Of a DNA stretch of 64,000 bases, positions 39,488 to 48,922 are shown one piece after another (positions within the stretch are counted from its first letter, which is position 1; each line of letters starts with the position of its first letter). The notes beneath the pieces were generated by a model. That model had not been told where the DNA came from. It ran no database searches and was given only the letters and a program-made list of their open reading frames with translations. The DNA is taken from contig JBGAUL010000011.1 of the NCBI GenBank assembly GCA_044228685.1, forward strand, positions 13,886 through 77,885, in the 5' to 3' direction. Made by a program: the position numbers and the translations under genes. This DNA is from Chlorobiota bacterium. GTDB taxonomy: Bacteria; Bacteroidota; Ignavibacteria; Kapaibacteriales; NICIL-2.

Positions 39488-40150
39488 TCACTATTTTTGT
39501 GTATGATCAACAATGACGCTTCCTCGGTCGACCATAATTCGGCTGAGTATTGGTCGCAACGCTATCAGTCCGGCGACAATCCATGGGATCTGGGCAACGA
39601 GAGCGCTGTGTTTAGCTCTCTGCGACGCAGTCATCCCGATTTCAGTGTACATGCAGGACAGCATCTTAGTCTCTTGGTGCCTGGTTGTGGCTTCGGTCAT
39701 GACGCTGTAGCCTTCGCGCAAGCAGGATTTGAAGTAACCGCGCTCGACTTTGCAGAAGAACCTTTGTTGTACTTGCAGGAGCACTGCGCCAGTGTTGGTG
39801 TACAGCTTCGGACCCTGCAACGCGATGTGTTCACTTTATCTTGGGACATGCCATCAAGTTTTGATCGCATTATCGAGTACACCTGCTACTGTGCTATTGA
39901 TCCATCACGGCGTCAGGAGTACATCACGACTCTCGCTGAGGTGCTAAAACCCGGCGGCATCATGGCCGGTTTATTCTTCCCTATGGATGAGCTCGAGCGA
40001 ACAGCTCCTCCGTTTACGGTTCATGAAGACGAGATCAGGCACCAATGTGAATTAGCCGGATTAGTTCCCATGAGCTCAGAGTTGCCACGGGAGTCGCATC
40101 CTGCCAGAGCCGGACGGGAACGACTGATGATTTTCAGAAAGAATGTTTGA
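39461..40150 (+). CDS. SAM-dependent methyltransferase, thiopurine S-methyltransferase (TPMT/TehB-like) family
   Basis: YWSQRYQSGDNPWDLG and GCGFGHDAVAFAQAGFEVTALDFAE. The true start is probably the internal MINND... (about 39503). Confidence 0.65.
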   Translation: MCTAQDSTHSLFLCMINNDASSVDHNSAEYWSQRYQSGDNPWDLGNESAVFSSLRRSHPDFSVHAGQHLSLLVPGCGFGHDAVAFAQAGFEVTALDFAEEPLLYLQEHCASVGVQLRTLQRDVFTLSWDMPSSFDRIIEYTCYCAIDPSRRQEYITTLAEVLKPGGIMAGLFFPMDELERTAPPFTVHEDEIRHQCELAGLVPMSSELPRESHPARAGRERLMIFRKNV

Positions 40151-40181
40151 GAGAATATCCATCTATAACTGACACAGACTG

Positions 40182-40502
40182 ATGATACCGACAATCGACG
40201 TAGCTACATTAAAACAGAAATTTGCTAACAATGACGACTTCTTCTTGCTGGATGTGCGTCAACCACATGAGCATGAAGCCATTCGTATCCAAGATGGAGT
40301 GCTTATTCCATTAGGTGAACTTCCTGACCGCGTGCAGGAATTAGAAGCACATCGCAACAGAGACATCGTCGTGTACTGTCGCAGTGGCGCTCGCAGCGCG
40401 CAGGCAACATCCTTTCTGCATCAACTTGGTTATCGCTGCTTTAACTTGAGCGGCGGCATCCTATCGTGGTCAGCATCCTCAGGACAAGCGCATGAAGGCT
40501 GA
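40182..40502 (+). CDS. Rhodanese-domain sulfurtransferase
   Basis: Active-site loop VVYCRSGARS, 106 aa, single rhodanese domain. Confidence 0.8.
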   Translation: MIPTIDVATLKQKFANNDDFFLLDVRQPHEHEAIRIQDGVLIPLGELPDRVQELEAHRNRDIVVYCRSGARSAQATSFLHQLGYRCFNLSGGILSWSASSGQAHEG

Positions 40503-40917
40503 AGTGCATCGCGTCGAGTACCATCATTTTGAAGGTCGAGACGATAAGGGCATCGTAACGCATTTTGATTCACGTTCAGACGGACAGCCGCCACAAGGCG
40601 CCTCGCCTGTTAGTGTGATGCTGCAATCTCTGGCCTCGTGCACCGGAATCGACGTCGTTGACATTATCCAAAAGAAGCGGCGTCAAGTCGACCAGCTCGT
40701 CGTCGTCGCCGAAGGAGAACGTGCCGAAGAACATCCTCGCGTCTTCACCAAAGTCAATCTGCACTTCCGTCTCACAAGTCCTGATGCCACTGAGGGCGAA
40801 CTTCAACGAAGCATTGACCTGTCGCAAAACACCTACTGCAGTATCTCGGCAATGTTCAGCCGAAGCGGTTGTTTGATTACAACCTCACAGGAAATTCTCC
40901 GTCCCGATCATGGCTGA
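40492..40917 (+). CDS. OsmC/Ohr family protein
   Basis: OsmC-like fold signature with a conserved Cys (LASCTGIDVVDI), 141 aa. Overlaps the rhodanese stop by 11 nt. Confidence 0.7.
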   Translation: MKAEVHRVEYHHFEGRDDKGIVTHFDSRSDGQPPQGASPVSVMLQSLASCTGIDVVDIIQKKRRQVDQLVVVAEGERAEEHPRVFTKVNLHFRLTSPDATEGELQRSIDLSQNTYCSISAMFSRSGCLITTSQEILRPDHG

Positions 40918-42535
40918 TCAATTTCAAGCCTTGGAAGAGCTTGAGAAAGCATTGCGCGAACGCGATCGGAAGATGAGTTCCGACACTTTGCGTATCCCCC
41001 GTCTATGGACGGCTCCCTGGACAGACAACGGCGAAGTTACTATCGAACGTGCATCGCTGCACTGCGCCAATTTCATTCGTTCTATCCGCGAGAGTTCGAC
41101 GCCACCATCAGAACGTGCGAAGTCACTGCTTGATCGTTTTCTGTACTGCCTACTTCCTCGCTTTAGCAGTGCCTATCGTCAGCAGGGTCCGCATTCGACA
41201 CAAATCTCAAGCGACTGGAAAAGCAGCGGCACTTTTCTCAAGTGTCTGCTCATGCTCCCATATCTGCGTTCGCTGGGCATAGATACAATCTATCTACTGC
41301 CCATCAACCGCATTGGTCGGGTGCCTCGTAAAGGAAATGCCGGCTCACTCTATGCCATCCGCGACTTACTTGCTCTTGATGATTCACTGAGCGAAGATCA
41401 GCTAGAGTGTAGTATTGACATTCAATACGCTGCCTTTGTTGAAGCGGCGCACGCACTAGGTATGTCCGTACTGATGGAATTCACCTTGCGTACAGCAAGT
41501 CGAGACTGTGATTGGGTGCAAGAGCATCCCGAGTGGTTTTATTGGGTGTATGAGCAAGGCAACGAGGATACCCTGATTTCACCTCCACACTTTTCGGATT
41601 CAGATCTAGAGACAATTCATCATAAAGTTGAGAATCAGGATTTCCGTCACTTACCGCAGCCAAGTGAAGAATACAAGAGATTGTTTGCCGCTATACCACT
41701 CAGTCTGACAAAAGATGAGTTCGGAATGTGGGTTGGCTTCGATGCTGAAGGTCGTCGTTGTCGCATTGCAAGCGCCTTTGCTGATTACCCACCTAACGAC
41801 ACGCAGCCACCTTGGAGTGACGTTACCTATTTCAGGATGTATCAGCATCCTGACTTCAATTACGTTGCCTACAATACTATTCGCATGTACGACGAAGTCC
41901 TGCGCCAAGAAGGCTCAGCAACGTCTGAACTCTGGGATCGACTTAGTTCAATTCTACCCATGTACTGCGAACGCTATGGAATCGACGGCGCTGTGCTTGA
42001 TATGAGTCATGCATTGCCTCACGAGCTGCGCGATCAGATCATTCGCAAAGTCAGAGAAATCAAATCTGATTTCATTCTCATCGAAGAGAATTTCTTCATG
42101 CGCAAGTCATCGCGCGACCTAGGTTTTGATGCTGTGCTTGGCAATGCTTGGCAACACAGTTCGAGTGTCGCCAAATTTTCTGCACTTCGTGATCAACGCT
42201 CTGAAGCCGATACCGAAATTGCCTATATCGCAAGTCCGGATACACACAACACGCCGCGCGCTGCAGCTCAAGTTGATGCAAGTGAGCTGTGCTCCATTCT
42301 GTCAATTGCACACGAATTCCGCAATGGCGTACCAATGCTTTTAAGTGGGACGGAGCTCGGTGAAAAACGACCGATCAATACCGGACTTGGTTTTTGCGAG
42401 GAAGATTTGAATCGCTACAGCGAGTATGATCTCGCTCTCTTTTCGACCTGTTGGTTGAATTGGAAGGATGCTCCGACAAACTACCTGGATTGTATTCGCG
42501 CTGCCAGACAGCAGCACCTGAAATCCAAAGTTTAA
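40910..42535 (+). CDS. GH13 alpha-amylase-family protein related to GlgE-type maltosyltransferases
   Basis: GTF...LPYLRSLGIDTIYLLPINRIG...KGNAGSLYAIRD and ...DCDWVQEHPEWFYWVYEQG...ISPPHFSD resemble the GlgE catalytic core. GH13 regions GIDGAVLDMSHALP and FILIEEN. Overlaps the OsmC stop by 8 nt. Confidence 0.55.
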   Translation: MADQFQALEELEKALRERDRKMSSDTLRIPRLWTAPWTDNGEVTIERASLHCANFIRSIRESSTPPSERAKSLLDRFLYCLLPRFSSAYRQQGPHSTQISSDWKSSGTFLKCLLMLPYLRSLGIDTIYLLPINRIGRVPRKGNAGSLYAIRDLLALDDSLSEDQLECSIDIQYAAFVEAAHALGMSVLMEFTLRTASRDCDWVQEHPEWFYWVYEQGNEDTLISPPHFSDSDLETIHHKVENQDFRHLPQPSEEYKRLFAAIPLSLTKDEFGMWVGFDAEGRRCRIASAFADYPPNDTQPPWSDVTYFRMYQHPDFNYVAYNTIRMYDEVLRQEGSATSELWDRLSSILPMYCERYGIDGAVLDMSHALPHELRDQIIRKVREIKSDFILIEENFFMRKSSRDLGFDAVLGNAWQHSSSVAKFSALRDQRSEADTEIAYIASPDTHNTPRAAAQVDASELCSILSIAHEFRNGVPMLLSGTELGEKRPINTGLGFCEEDLNRYSEYDLALFSTCWLNWKDAPTNYLDCIRAARQQHLKSKV

Positions 42536-42555
42536 ATTTCGAAGGTGCTTAGGCT

Positions 42556-43500
42556 TTACTCTGCACAATGTACAATGAGACAGCGCTTCACAAACGACGC
42601 ACTTCGTAGCTCGCACACAAAGGTTTGTGTGGAATAGGCACTTAAGTCTACATCGATTGAGTTGTTTGAACTGCTGATGATACTCTTGCGTACAACAGCT
42701 TGACCACTCAATGACCACAGACTAATCTGAAGCATCGATCCTGATGCTACATTGTTCCAGCTAACTCGTACGATATTACCCGCTGGCTGAGGTGAAACCT
42801 CTATACTCTCAGACTCTTGCTCACTGACATCTGACAGACTTGCAAAGAACTCTGCACTCTCGCGCCAGCATTGATTGACGGAATCAATTGCGCGAACCTT
42901 GTACCAGCCATCTTGAAATATCTGTTGCTGCGTTGTTTGAGGTCCGCCTATGATCAGATCGTTGTAATACCACTGATAGTGACATCCCTTAACCGCATTC
43001 ACAACCACCATGTTTTTGACTTGTTGTATGGTAGGCGCTGCAGGACGATTACTTACGATCACATGAAGTGTATCAGAATACCAAAGATGTCCGGCTTGGT
43101 CTTCCACTTCCACCCAAAGCGGTATGTCGCCAGCTAGCGCAAAGAGAATATTCTCAACGGAATCCATACGACCATTCATCCAACGATAGGCATTGAAGCC
43201 ACTTGTGCAATGTACGCGTACGGTAGTGCTGTCGCAGATGTGTAAGCCTCCATCAACGACAATCGTTGGGCGCTCGATTACTTGTACAGTCTGAGCTTGT
43301 GTAAAAACCGTACAGAAAATGACTAAGACGCATAAGAGTGACAAACTGAAAAGTTGTCGTGACAGTTCTGAGACTGGTTTTGATACGAAGCTAAAACTTC
43401 GAAGCTGAGCGTACGTGTCAATTGATGTATTTGACTGCGTCTCGTATTGCACTGAACTTCTCTGTATCTGTTTAATATTCTTCATTACAATTGTCTTCAT
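42556..43500 (-). CDS. Secreted hypothetical protein with probable T9SS C-terminal domain
   Basis: Internal signal peptide LFSLSLLCVLVIFCTVFTQAQT, so the annotated start is probably too far upstream. C-terminal roughly 80 aa (IEVSPQPAGNIVRV...FVCELRSASFVKRCLIVHCAE) is CTD-like. Confidence 0.45.
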   Translation of the reverse strand: MKTIVMKNIKQIQRSSVQYETQSNTSIDTYAQLRSFSFVSKPVSELSRQLFSLSLLCVLVIFCTVFTQAQTVQVIERPTIVVDGGLHICDSTTVRVHCTSGFNAYRWMNGRMDSVENILFALAGDIPLWVEVEDQAGHLWYSDTLHVIVSNRPAAPTIQQVKNMVVVNAVKGCHYQWYYNDLIIGGPQTTQQQIFQDGWYKVRAIDSVNQCWRESAEFFASLSDVSEQESESIEVSPQPAGNIVRVSWNNVASGSMLQISLWSLSGQAVVRKSIISSSNNSIDVDLSAYSTQTFVCELRSASFVKRCLIVHCAE

Positions 43501-43621
43501 GACTAGTCTACTACCTTCCTTGAGAACTGGGCTGATGCACTGTGTGCATCATCTTTACAATTTTCAACTCTCACAAGCTGTGCGGACTCTGCCCAAAGTA
43601 TCGTCAGCATTGTCATAGTTA

Positions 43622-45676
43622 TTAGTGGACGACCATTAGCTGCTGCACATAGCTTCCACTGCGCGTTTCCACCAGAACTTGATAGGAACCTGTAGCAAGC
43701 TCAGAAACATCTAGATTTAGGCGATTATCGACATTTTGAGCCTGCACTGCGAATTCCTTCACTACACGTCCCATCATATCAGACAAGCGCACCAGAGTAA
43801 TGGTTTCATTCTTTGAATTCAGGGCTAGATGAAGCACTGAGGCTGCCGGATTTGGATGGAAAAAGAGTCGATCCGACGATTCTTCTGAAACTGCTGCGGG
43901 AAGAAGCTTTGCGCTGTAATAGATACCGGAGCCGTTAGAGGCTGTAAGAACGTTTGGATCAGAAAGACCAACTGCGGTACAGTATTGATTATCTAGACCA
44001 GCTTTGTGTTGAGTCCAGGTAGACGCATTGTCTGTACTTGACCACACAGCATTACCAAATGTCGCAGCATAGAGTGTGCCTTCATCTCGACACACTGCAC
44101 TGACTCCAGTTTGCAATATGGAATTCAGAGAGCGGTGTTCCCAGCTAGAACCTTCGTAATTACTGAAATAGATGTCGTCGGTGTAAGTACTTGCGATGAT
44201 CTTGTCGTTCGTAATGACCAACGATTGAATTGACAAGCTACTATCACGAAACACAAGCTGCCATGACTTTGTTGTGTCAACTGAGCGGTAGATGCAGCCT
44301 TCGCTACTTCCAGCGAAGAGATTGCCTCGCACTCTGACGAGACAGAGAATTGTTGATGAAGCAATACTCGGTCTATCGAATGATTCACCGTTATCAGTTG
44401 TTACATACAACCCACTATCGAGCGAACCAAAGATCTCATGACCGGCAAAGCTGATTCCACAATACAATGTGCGACCTGATAAGAAGAACTGATTCCAAGA
44501 ATCGCCGTTATCGGAAGAGTAATAAAATCCGTCATCTGTCAGTGCAAGGACGATTCCGTTGTTCGCGCTTATCTGATACACCATACCACTGAAATCCAAC
44601 CATTCCCAATTCATACCACCATCGTTTGATCTAAGTATTCCATCGCCTGCCGCAAAGCAGCTCGAATTGTTTTGACAAAATGAATACATAGGTGCTGCCG
44701 TCAATCCATCGCTGCAGTCTGTAAAGCTCAAGCCGTTGTCAGATGAATAGTAAACGCCATAGTCATAGCTTCCGGCAAATACCTCAGAGCCATTGTAACA
44801 AAGTGCATACACGGTCATTTGGCTTAAGTCTGAATTCTGCCATGCTCCTGTTCCAACGCGAGAGATGACGCCCGAAGTATCGGTACCGACGAAGATTCTA
44901 TCTGCATGCAGCATGAGCGACCAGACTGATTGAGCTCCGATACCGGAATTCGTCCACGTTTTGGCACCATCGACACTTCTAAACAATCCTTGCTCTCCAC
45001 CTACATACAGCTGAGTTGAATCTCCGCATACAGCGTACAAGCCCTTCTTGCTGACAAGTCCGGTCTTTGTCCAGGTTTTACCATTGTCTTTTGAACGATA
45101 CAAACCACTCTGGTCAGCCAGCGCATATATCTCGGATCCAATGATGCACACGGAGTAAACCGTCTCACCTTTCAGACCTTGAGTCCACTCTGCACCATCA
45201 CTACTACAAAACACTCCGTTTGCATCGGTACCAACACATATAAGATCAGTTGTTGCTGCAACACTCCAAACATATTCTGAGGTGAGATTCTTCGTCCATG
45301 TCGAACCACCATCCAAGCTCTTGAACACACCACCGGAACCGTCTTCATCTGAATATCCAATCCCGGCATACACTGCTTTACCATCTGTGCAGAGCGCATT
45401 TATACTGGCTGAATGTATTCCTTCGCTCAGCCAGTGCTTTCCGGCATCGGTTGATATAAAGAGACCAACCTCGGTTCCGGCGAGCATCGTATTGGCATCA
45501 AGTGTGACGAGCGAAAGCACGGTTCCACCATCACCGCCACTACTATGATTCCACTGGAGTTGTTGTGCTTGGAGATTCACTGTCGTCACGAGACAGAGTG
45601 CAGCACACAAAACAAATGAGTAAAAGATGGCTTTCATGACAGTACGGAATATTTGTAAAGCGATGCGCTGGAGCAT
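43622..45676 (-). CDS. BNR/Asp-box repeat beta-propeller protein with T9SS C-terminal sorting domain
   Basis: About 11 S-x-D-x-G-x-T-W repeats (TDAGKHW, LDGGSTW, SKDNGKTW, SVDGAKTW...). C-terminus FHPNPAASVLHLAL...LATGSYQVLVETRSGSYVQQLMVVH. The likely start is MKAIFYSFVLCAALCLV (about 45637). Confidence 0.6.
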   Translation of the reverse strand: MLQRIALQIFRTVMKAIFYSFVLCAALCLVTTVNLQAQQLQWNHSSGGDGGTVLSLVTLDANTMLAGTEVGLFISTDAGKHWLSEGIHSASINALCTDGKAVYAGIGYSDEDGSGGVFKSLDGGSTWTKNLTSEYVWSVAATTDLICVGTDANGVFCSSDGAEWTQGLKGETVYSVCIIGSEIYALADQSGLYRSKDNGKTWTKTGLVSKKGLYAVCGDSTQLYVGGEQGLFRSVDGAKTWTNSGIGAQSVWSLMLHADRIFVGTDTSGVISRVGTGAWQNSDLSQMTVYALCYNGSEVFAGSYDYGVYYSSDNGLSFTDCSDGLTAAPMYSFCQNNSSCFAAGDGILRSNDGGMNWEWLDFSGMVYQISANNGIVLALTDDGFYYSSDNGDSWNQFFLSGRTLYCGISFAGHEIFGSLDSGLYVTTDNGESFDRPSIASSTILCLVRVRGNLFAGSSEGCIYRSVDTTKSWQLVFRDSSLSIQSLVITNDKIIASTYTDDIYFSNYEGSSWEHRSLNSILQTGVSAVCRDEGTLYAATFGNAVWSSTDNASTWTQHKAGLDNQYCTAVGLSDPNVLTASNGSGIYYSAKLLPAAVSEESSDRLFFHPNPAASVLHLALNSKNETITLVRLSDMMGRVVKEFAVQAQNVDNRLNLDVSELATGSYQVLVETRSGSYVQQLMVVH

Positions 45677-45747
45677 CGTACAGAATCCTGCAAACTACGG
45701 GTCAATTGACCTTTGGACGCTAGGAAGATTTTCCCCAGAAATCGGCT

Positions 45748-45786
45748 ATAAAAAAGACAGGGTGAGCATCTCATGCCCACCCTGAA
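45748..45786 (-). terminator. Rho-independent terminator downstream of aspS
   Basis: Stem cagggtg...caccctg with an internal gcat/atgc extension (45758-45784). Followed on the minus transcript by UCUUUUUUA. Confidence 0.55.
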
Positions 45787-45826
45787 GTATTTGTAATCAA
45801 AGGCTGAAAGCTGCGCTCGTTTAAGC

Positions 45827-47656
45827 TTAGCTTTGCTGATTGATCAAGCTCAGCGCAAGTTCATTGAGTTGACGAGAATCAACGACTGAGGGGCATCCGT
45901 CCATCAGCGACAGACCGCTCGTCGTCTTTGGAAATGCAATCACGTCACGGATATTATCCGTTCCACACAACAACATCACCCATCGGTCAAAACCCAGCGC
46001 AATACCACCGTGCGGTGGCGCACCAAATCTCAATGCACCGAGCAAGAAGCCAAACTTGGCTTCCGCATCTTCTCGTTCAAATCCCAAAAGATCGAACATG
46101 CGTTGCTGAATATCGCTTTGATGAATACGCATACTACCGCCGGCAATCTCGTAACCATTGCAAACCAAGTCATGAGCTTGCGCGCAGGCTTGCGTCGGAT
46201 CAGTGTTCAGCAGCTCCACGTCTCGATCCAATGGCGCTGTGAACGGATGGTGTCGAGCGATATAGCGTTTCTCTTCTTCACTGTATTCCATCAAAGGAAA
46301 ATCCGTTACCCAGAGGAAGCTGAATTCATTGCGAACGGATTCCAAAACTCCACTACGCTTTGCTACTTCAACACGTAGCGCACCGAGAATGGTGTAGCAG
46401 CGTTCAAATTCATCGGCAACGAAGAGCAGCATGTCGCCTTCTTCCATTGCACAACGCTTGCGTATGGCTTCGATTTCCTCAGGACTGAGGAACTTTGCGA
46501 TTGGCGAATTGATTTCACCATTTACAAGTTTCATCCAAGCCAAGCCCTTTGCACCGTACTTCTTTGCGTGGTCGGTTAGCTCATCAATTTGCTTGCGCGA
46601 AAATCCTGCGCAGCCCTTGGCATTGAGAACTGCGACGACGCCGTGCTTCTTAGCCAACACATCGCTGAAAGCGCTGAAGCCCGTGCCGGTGAGTAGATCA
46701 CTGATGCTGCAGAGTTCCAGACCATAGCGCATGTCCGGTTTGTCGGAGCCAAAGCGCGTCATGGCTTCATGCCAGCTGATACGTGGAAAGGGAGCCTCGA
46801 TGCTATTGTTTAGTACTTCCTTCCAAACGCGCTGGGTGAATCCTTCGACCAGAGCAATGACGTCGTTCTGTTTGACGAAGGACATTTCGATATCGACTTG
46901 AGTAAACTCAGGTTGACGATCCGCACGAAGGTCTTCATCGCGGAAACATTTGACGATCTGCATGTAGCGATCGAATCCGCTCACCATCAAGATCTGCTTG
47001 TAGAGTTGTGGTGATTGCGGAAGCGCGTAGAACTTGCCTTTGTTTATGCGACTCGGAACCAAGAAATCGCGAGCACCTTCCGGCGTCGACTTCATCAGCA
47101 CAGGCGTCTCAACTTCCAAGAAGGAGTGCTCAGCAAAGTAGTTGTGCGTGATTTGGTAGAGCTGGTTGCGAACGATGAAGTTGTTGAGCAGACTCCGACG
47201 ACGCAAGTCAAGGAAGCGATACTTGAGACGTAGCTCCTCGTTGGCCGTTGATGATTCTTCGTGTTCAGTGAGTTCAAATGGTGGCAGCTCAGCACGGTTG
47301 ATGATCTGAATCTCTTCCACCACAACTTCAATCATTCCGGTGGGAATCTTTGGATTGGGATTGGAACGCTCACGAACATCACCGATAATGGCAACCACAA
47401 ACTCGGATCGAAGTTCTTTGGCTGTGTTTTGAATATTCTCGGCGGCATCAGATTGTACAACCGCTTGCGTAATGCCATAGCGGTCACGTATATCGACAAA
47501 ATAAACCCCGCCAAAATTCCTGATGGCGTTAACCCACCCGTTCAGTGTTACTTTCTGCGAAACATTCGCTTGAGTGAGCTCGCCGCAATTATGGGTACGT
47601 TGATGAAAAGACATAGTAATAGGTGTATAGTCAAAATTGATGAGATACAACGACAA
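45827..47656 (-). CDS. aspS: Aspartate--tRNA ligase
   Basis: MSFHQRTHNCGELTQANVSQKVTLNGWV...GGVYFVDIRDRYGITQ N-terminal anticodon-binding domain, class II motifs, and the GAPPHGGIALGFDR motif 3. The likely start is MSFHQ (about 47614). Confidence 0.9.
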   Translation of the reverse strand: MSLYLINFDYTPITMSFHQRTHNCGELTQANVSQKVTLNGWVNAIRNFGGVYFVDIRDRYGITQAVVQSDAAENIQNTAKELRSEFVVAIIGDVRERSNPNPKIPTGMIEVVVEEIQIINRAELPPFELTEHEESSTANEELRLKYRFLDLRRRSLLNNFIVRNQLYQITHNYFAEHSFLEVETPVLMKSTPEGARDFLVPSRINKGKFYALPQSPQLYKQILMVSGFDRYMQIVKCFRDEDLRADRQPEFTQVDIEMSFVKQNDVIALVEGFTQRVWKEVLNNSIEAPFPRISWHEAMTRFGSDKPDMRYGLELCSISDLLTGTGFSAFSDVLAKKHGVVAVLNAKGCAGFSRKQIDELTDHAKKYGAKGLAWMKLVNGEINSPIAKFLSPEEIEAIRKRCAMEEGDMLLFVADEFERCYTILGALRVEVAKRSGVLESVRNEFSFLWVTDFPLMEYSEEEKRYIARHHPFTAPLDRDVELLNTDPTQACAQAHDLVCNGYEIAGGSMRIHQSDIQQRMFDLLGFEREDAEAKFGFLLGALRFGAPPHGGIALGFDRWVMLLCGTDNIRDVIAFPKTTSGLSLMDGCPSVVDSRQLNELALSLINQQS

Positions 47657-47882
47657 CGGTATTTATGCGAAAACGAAAGATTAGTGCCCTTTCGGGCAAT
47701 CAAGGTCTGCTGACAACGATGCTGCTGTCAGTTTGCGGTGGGAACATGCTGCGTTGCCTGTTGTCATAACTGCTTTATAATAGGCAAATATACACCGAAG
47801 CAGAATGTGCGCAATATTGGGGCCATATCGATAGAGACTGAGTACGATGACTAGGCTCAATTACTCGATTCTCCTCTTTCAA

Positions 47883-48908
47883 TCAGCGCATCATCTCTTT
47901 AACTGCCTTCATAACATCCTCTACCGAGATGCTCGTTAATCCATTCTCATTCGAAGCAATAAGATCTCTGTACTCAACGCCGTAGGGAAACCATGGGAGT
48001 CGATGAGGATGCGGTTGGGCGTAGAGCACGACACAAGGCAATCCACAACCCGCTGCCATGTGCACAAGCGAGGTGTCCGGTGAGAGGAGCATTCTTGCAG
48101 AAGAAACTCGTAGTGCGAGTTCGTCCAAACTCGCCGCAGGTGACAAGGCTGTTAGACCCGTTCGATCACAAATCTCCTTTAGCTCCTGAATTTTCTCCTT
48201 ACCCGCACCAACTGCAATCTTGAGAGATGGTTGTGATTTCTTTAACTCTTGCAAAAGCTCAACGAATCGCTCAGTTCCCCACCACAGCGACTCCTTGGAA
48301 CCGTTGAGATGGACGTAGAGATCATATACTTTTGTCTGCGATGAAGTAGCATTACTGTCATTCGCAAAAGGATACGAGAGATCAACTTTAGTAGTCTTTG
48401 GATTAATGCCGAAGGGTTGCAGAAGCTGCATCATGCAATCGATGATGTGGACTGTTGATCTGTCTGGCAGTGTGACGCTATGACTAACGCGCGCTGCTTC
48501 TTCGTGTGCAAAGCCAACGCTATTGCGGGCATTGACATAGTTGAGGATAAGGCCACTGGTTCGGGATGCGTTGTCCATCATGTCGATAACCACGTCGTAG
48601 CGTTGACGTCGAAGCTGCCACATCAGCGGCAAAGCCGACCACAAGGATTTGCGGTAGACCCATGTTTTGTCGACGATGCGCTCAAGAGCCGGCTGCATGG
48701 CTTGGTTGTATTGACTCAGCAGCACATCGATACGCATGTTCGGGCAGTGCTTACGGAGTGCACGAAACACCGGGAGCGAAATCAGTGCATCGCCAATTCG
48801 ATCATGGCGCAGAAAGAGCACCGATGGCTTGTCGCCAAGATCGAGCAGCTTTGATTTGTTCTGTGGTTGAGCGTCGGACATGGAGTACCGGTACAGTTTG
48901 CGGTGCAA
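47883..48908 (-). CDS. Glycosyltransferase family 9 (LPS heptosyltransferase-like)
   Basis: N-terminal ...VLFLRHDRIGDALISLPVFRALRKHCP..., characteristic of the GT9 N-terminus, 341 aa. Confidence 0.7.
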   Translation of the reverse strand: MHRKLYRYSMSDAQPQNKSKLLDLGDKPSVLFLRHDRIGDALISLPVFRALRKHCPNMRIDVLLSQYNQAMQPALERIVDKTWVYRKSLWSALPLMWQLRRQRYDVVIDMMDNASRTSGLILNYVNARNSVGFAHEEAARVSHSVTLPDRSTVHIIDCMMQLLQPFGINPKTTKVDLSYPFANDSNATSSQTKVYDLYVHLNGSKESLWWGTERFVELLQELKKSQPSLKIAVGAGKEKIQELKEICDRTGLTALSPAASLDELALRVSSARMLLSPDTSLVHMAAGCGLPCVVLYAQPHPHRLPWFPYGVEYRDLIASNENGLTSISVEDVMKAVKEMMR

Positions 48909-48922
48909 ACTAGTACATGAGC

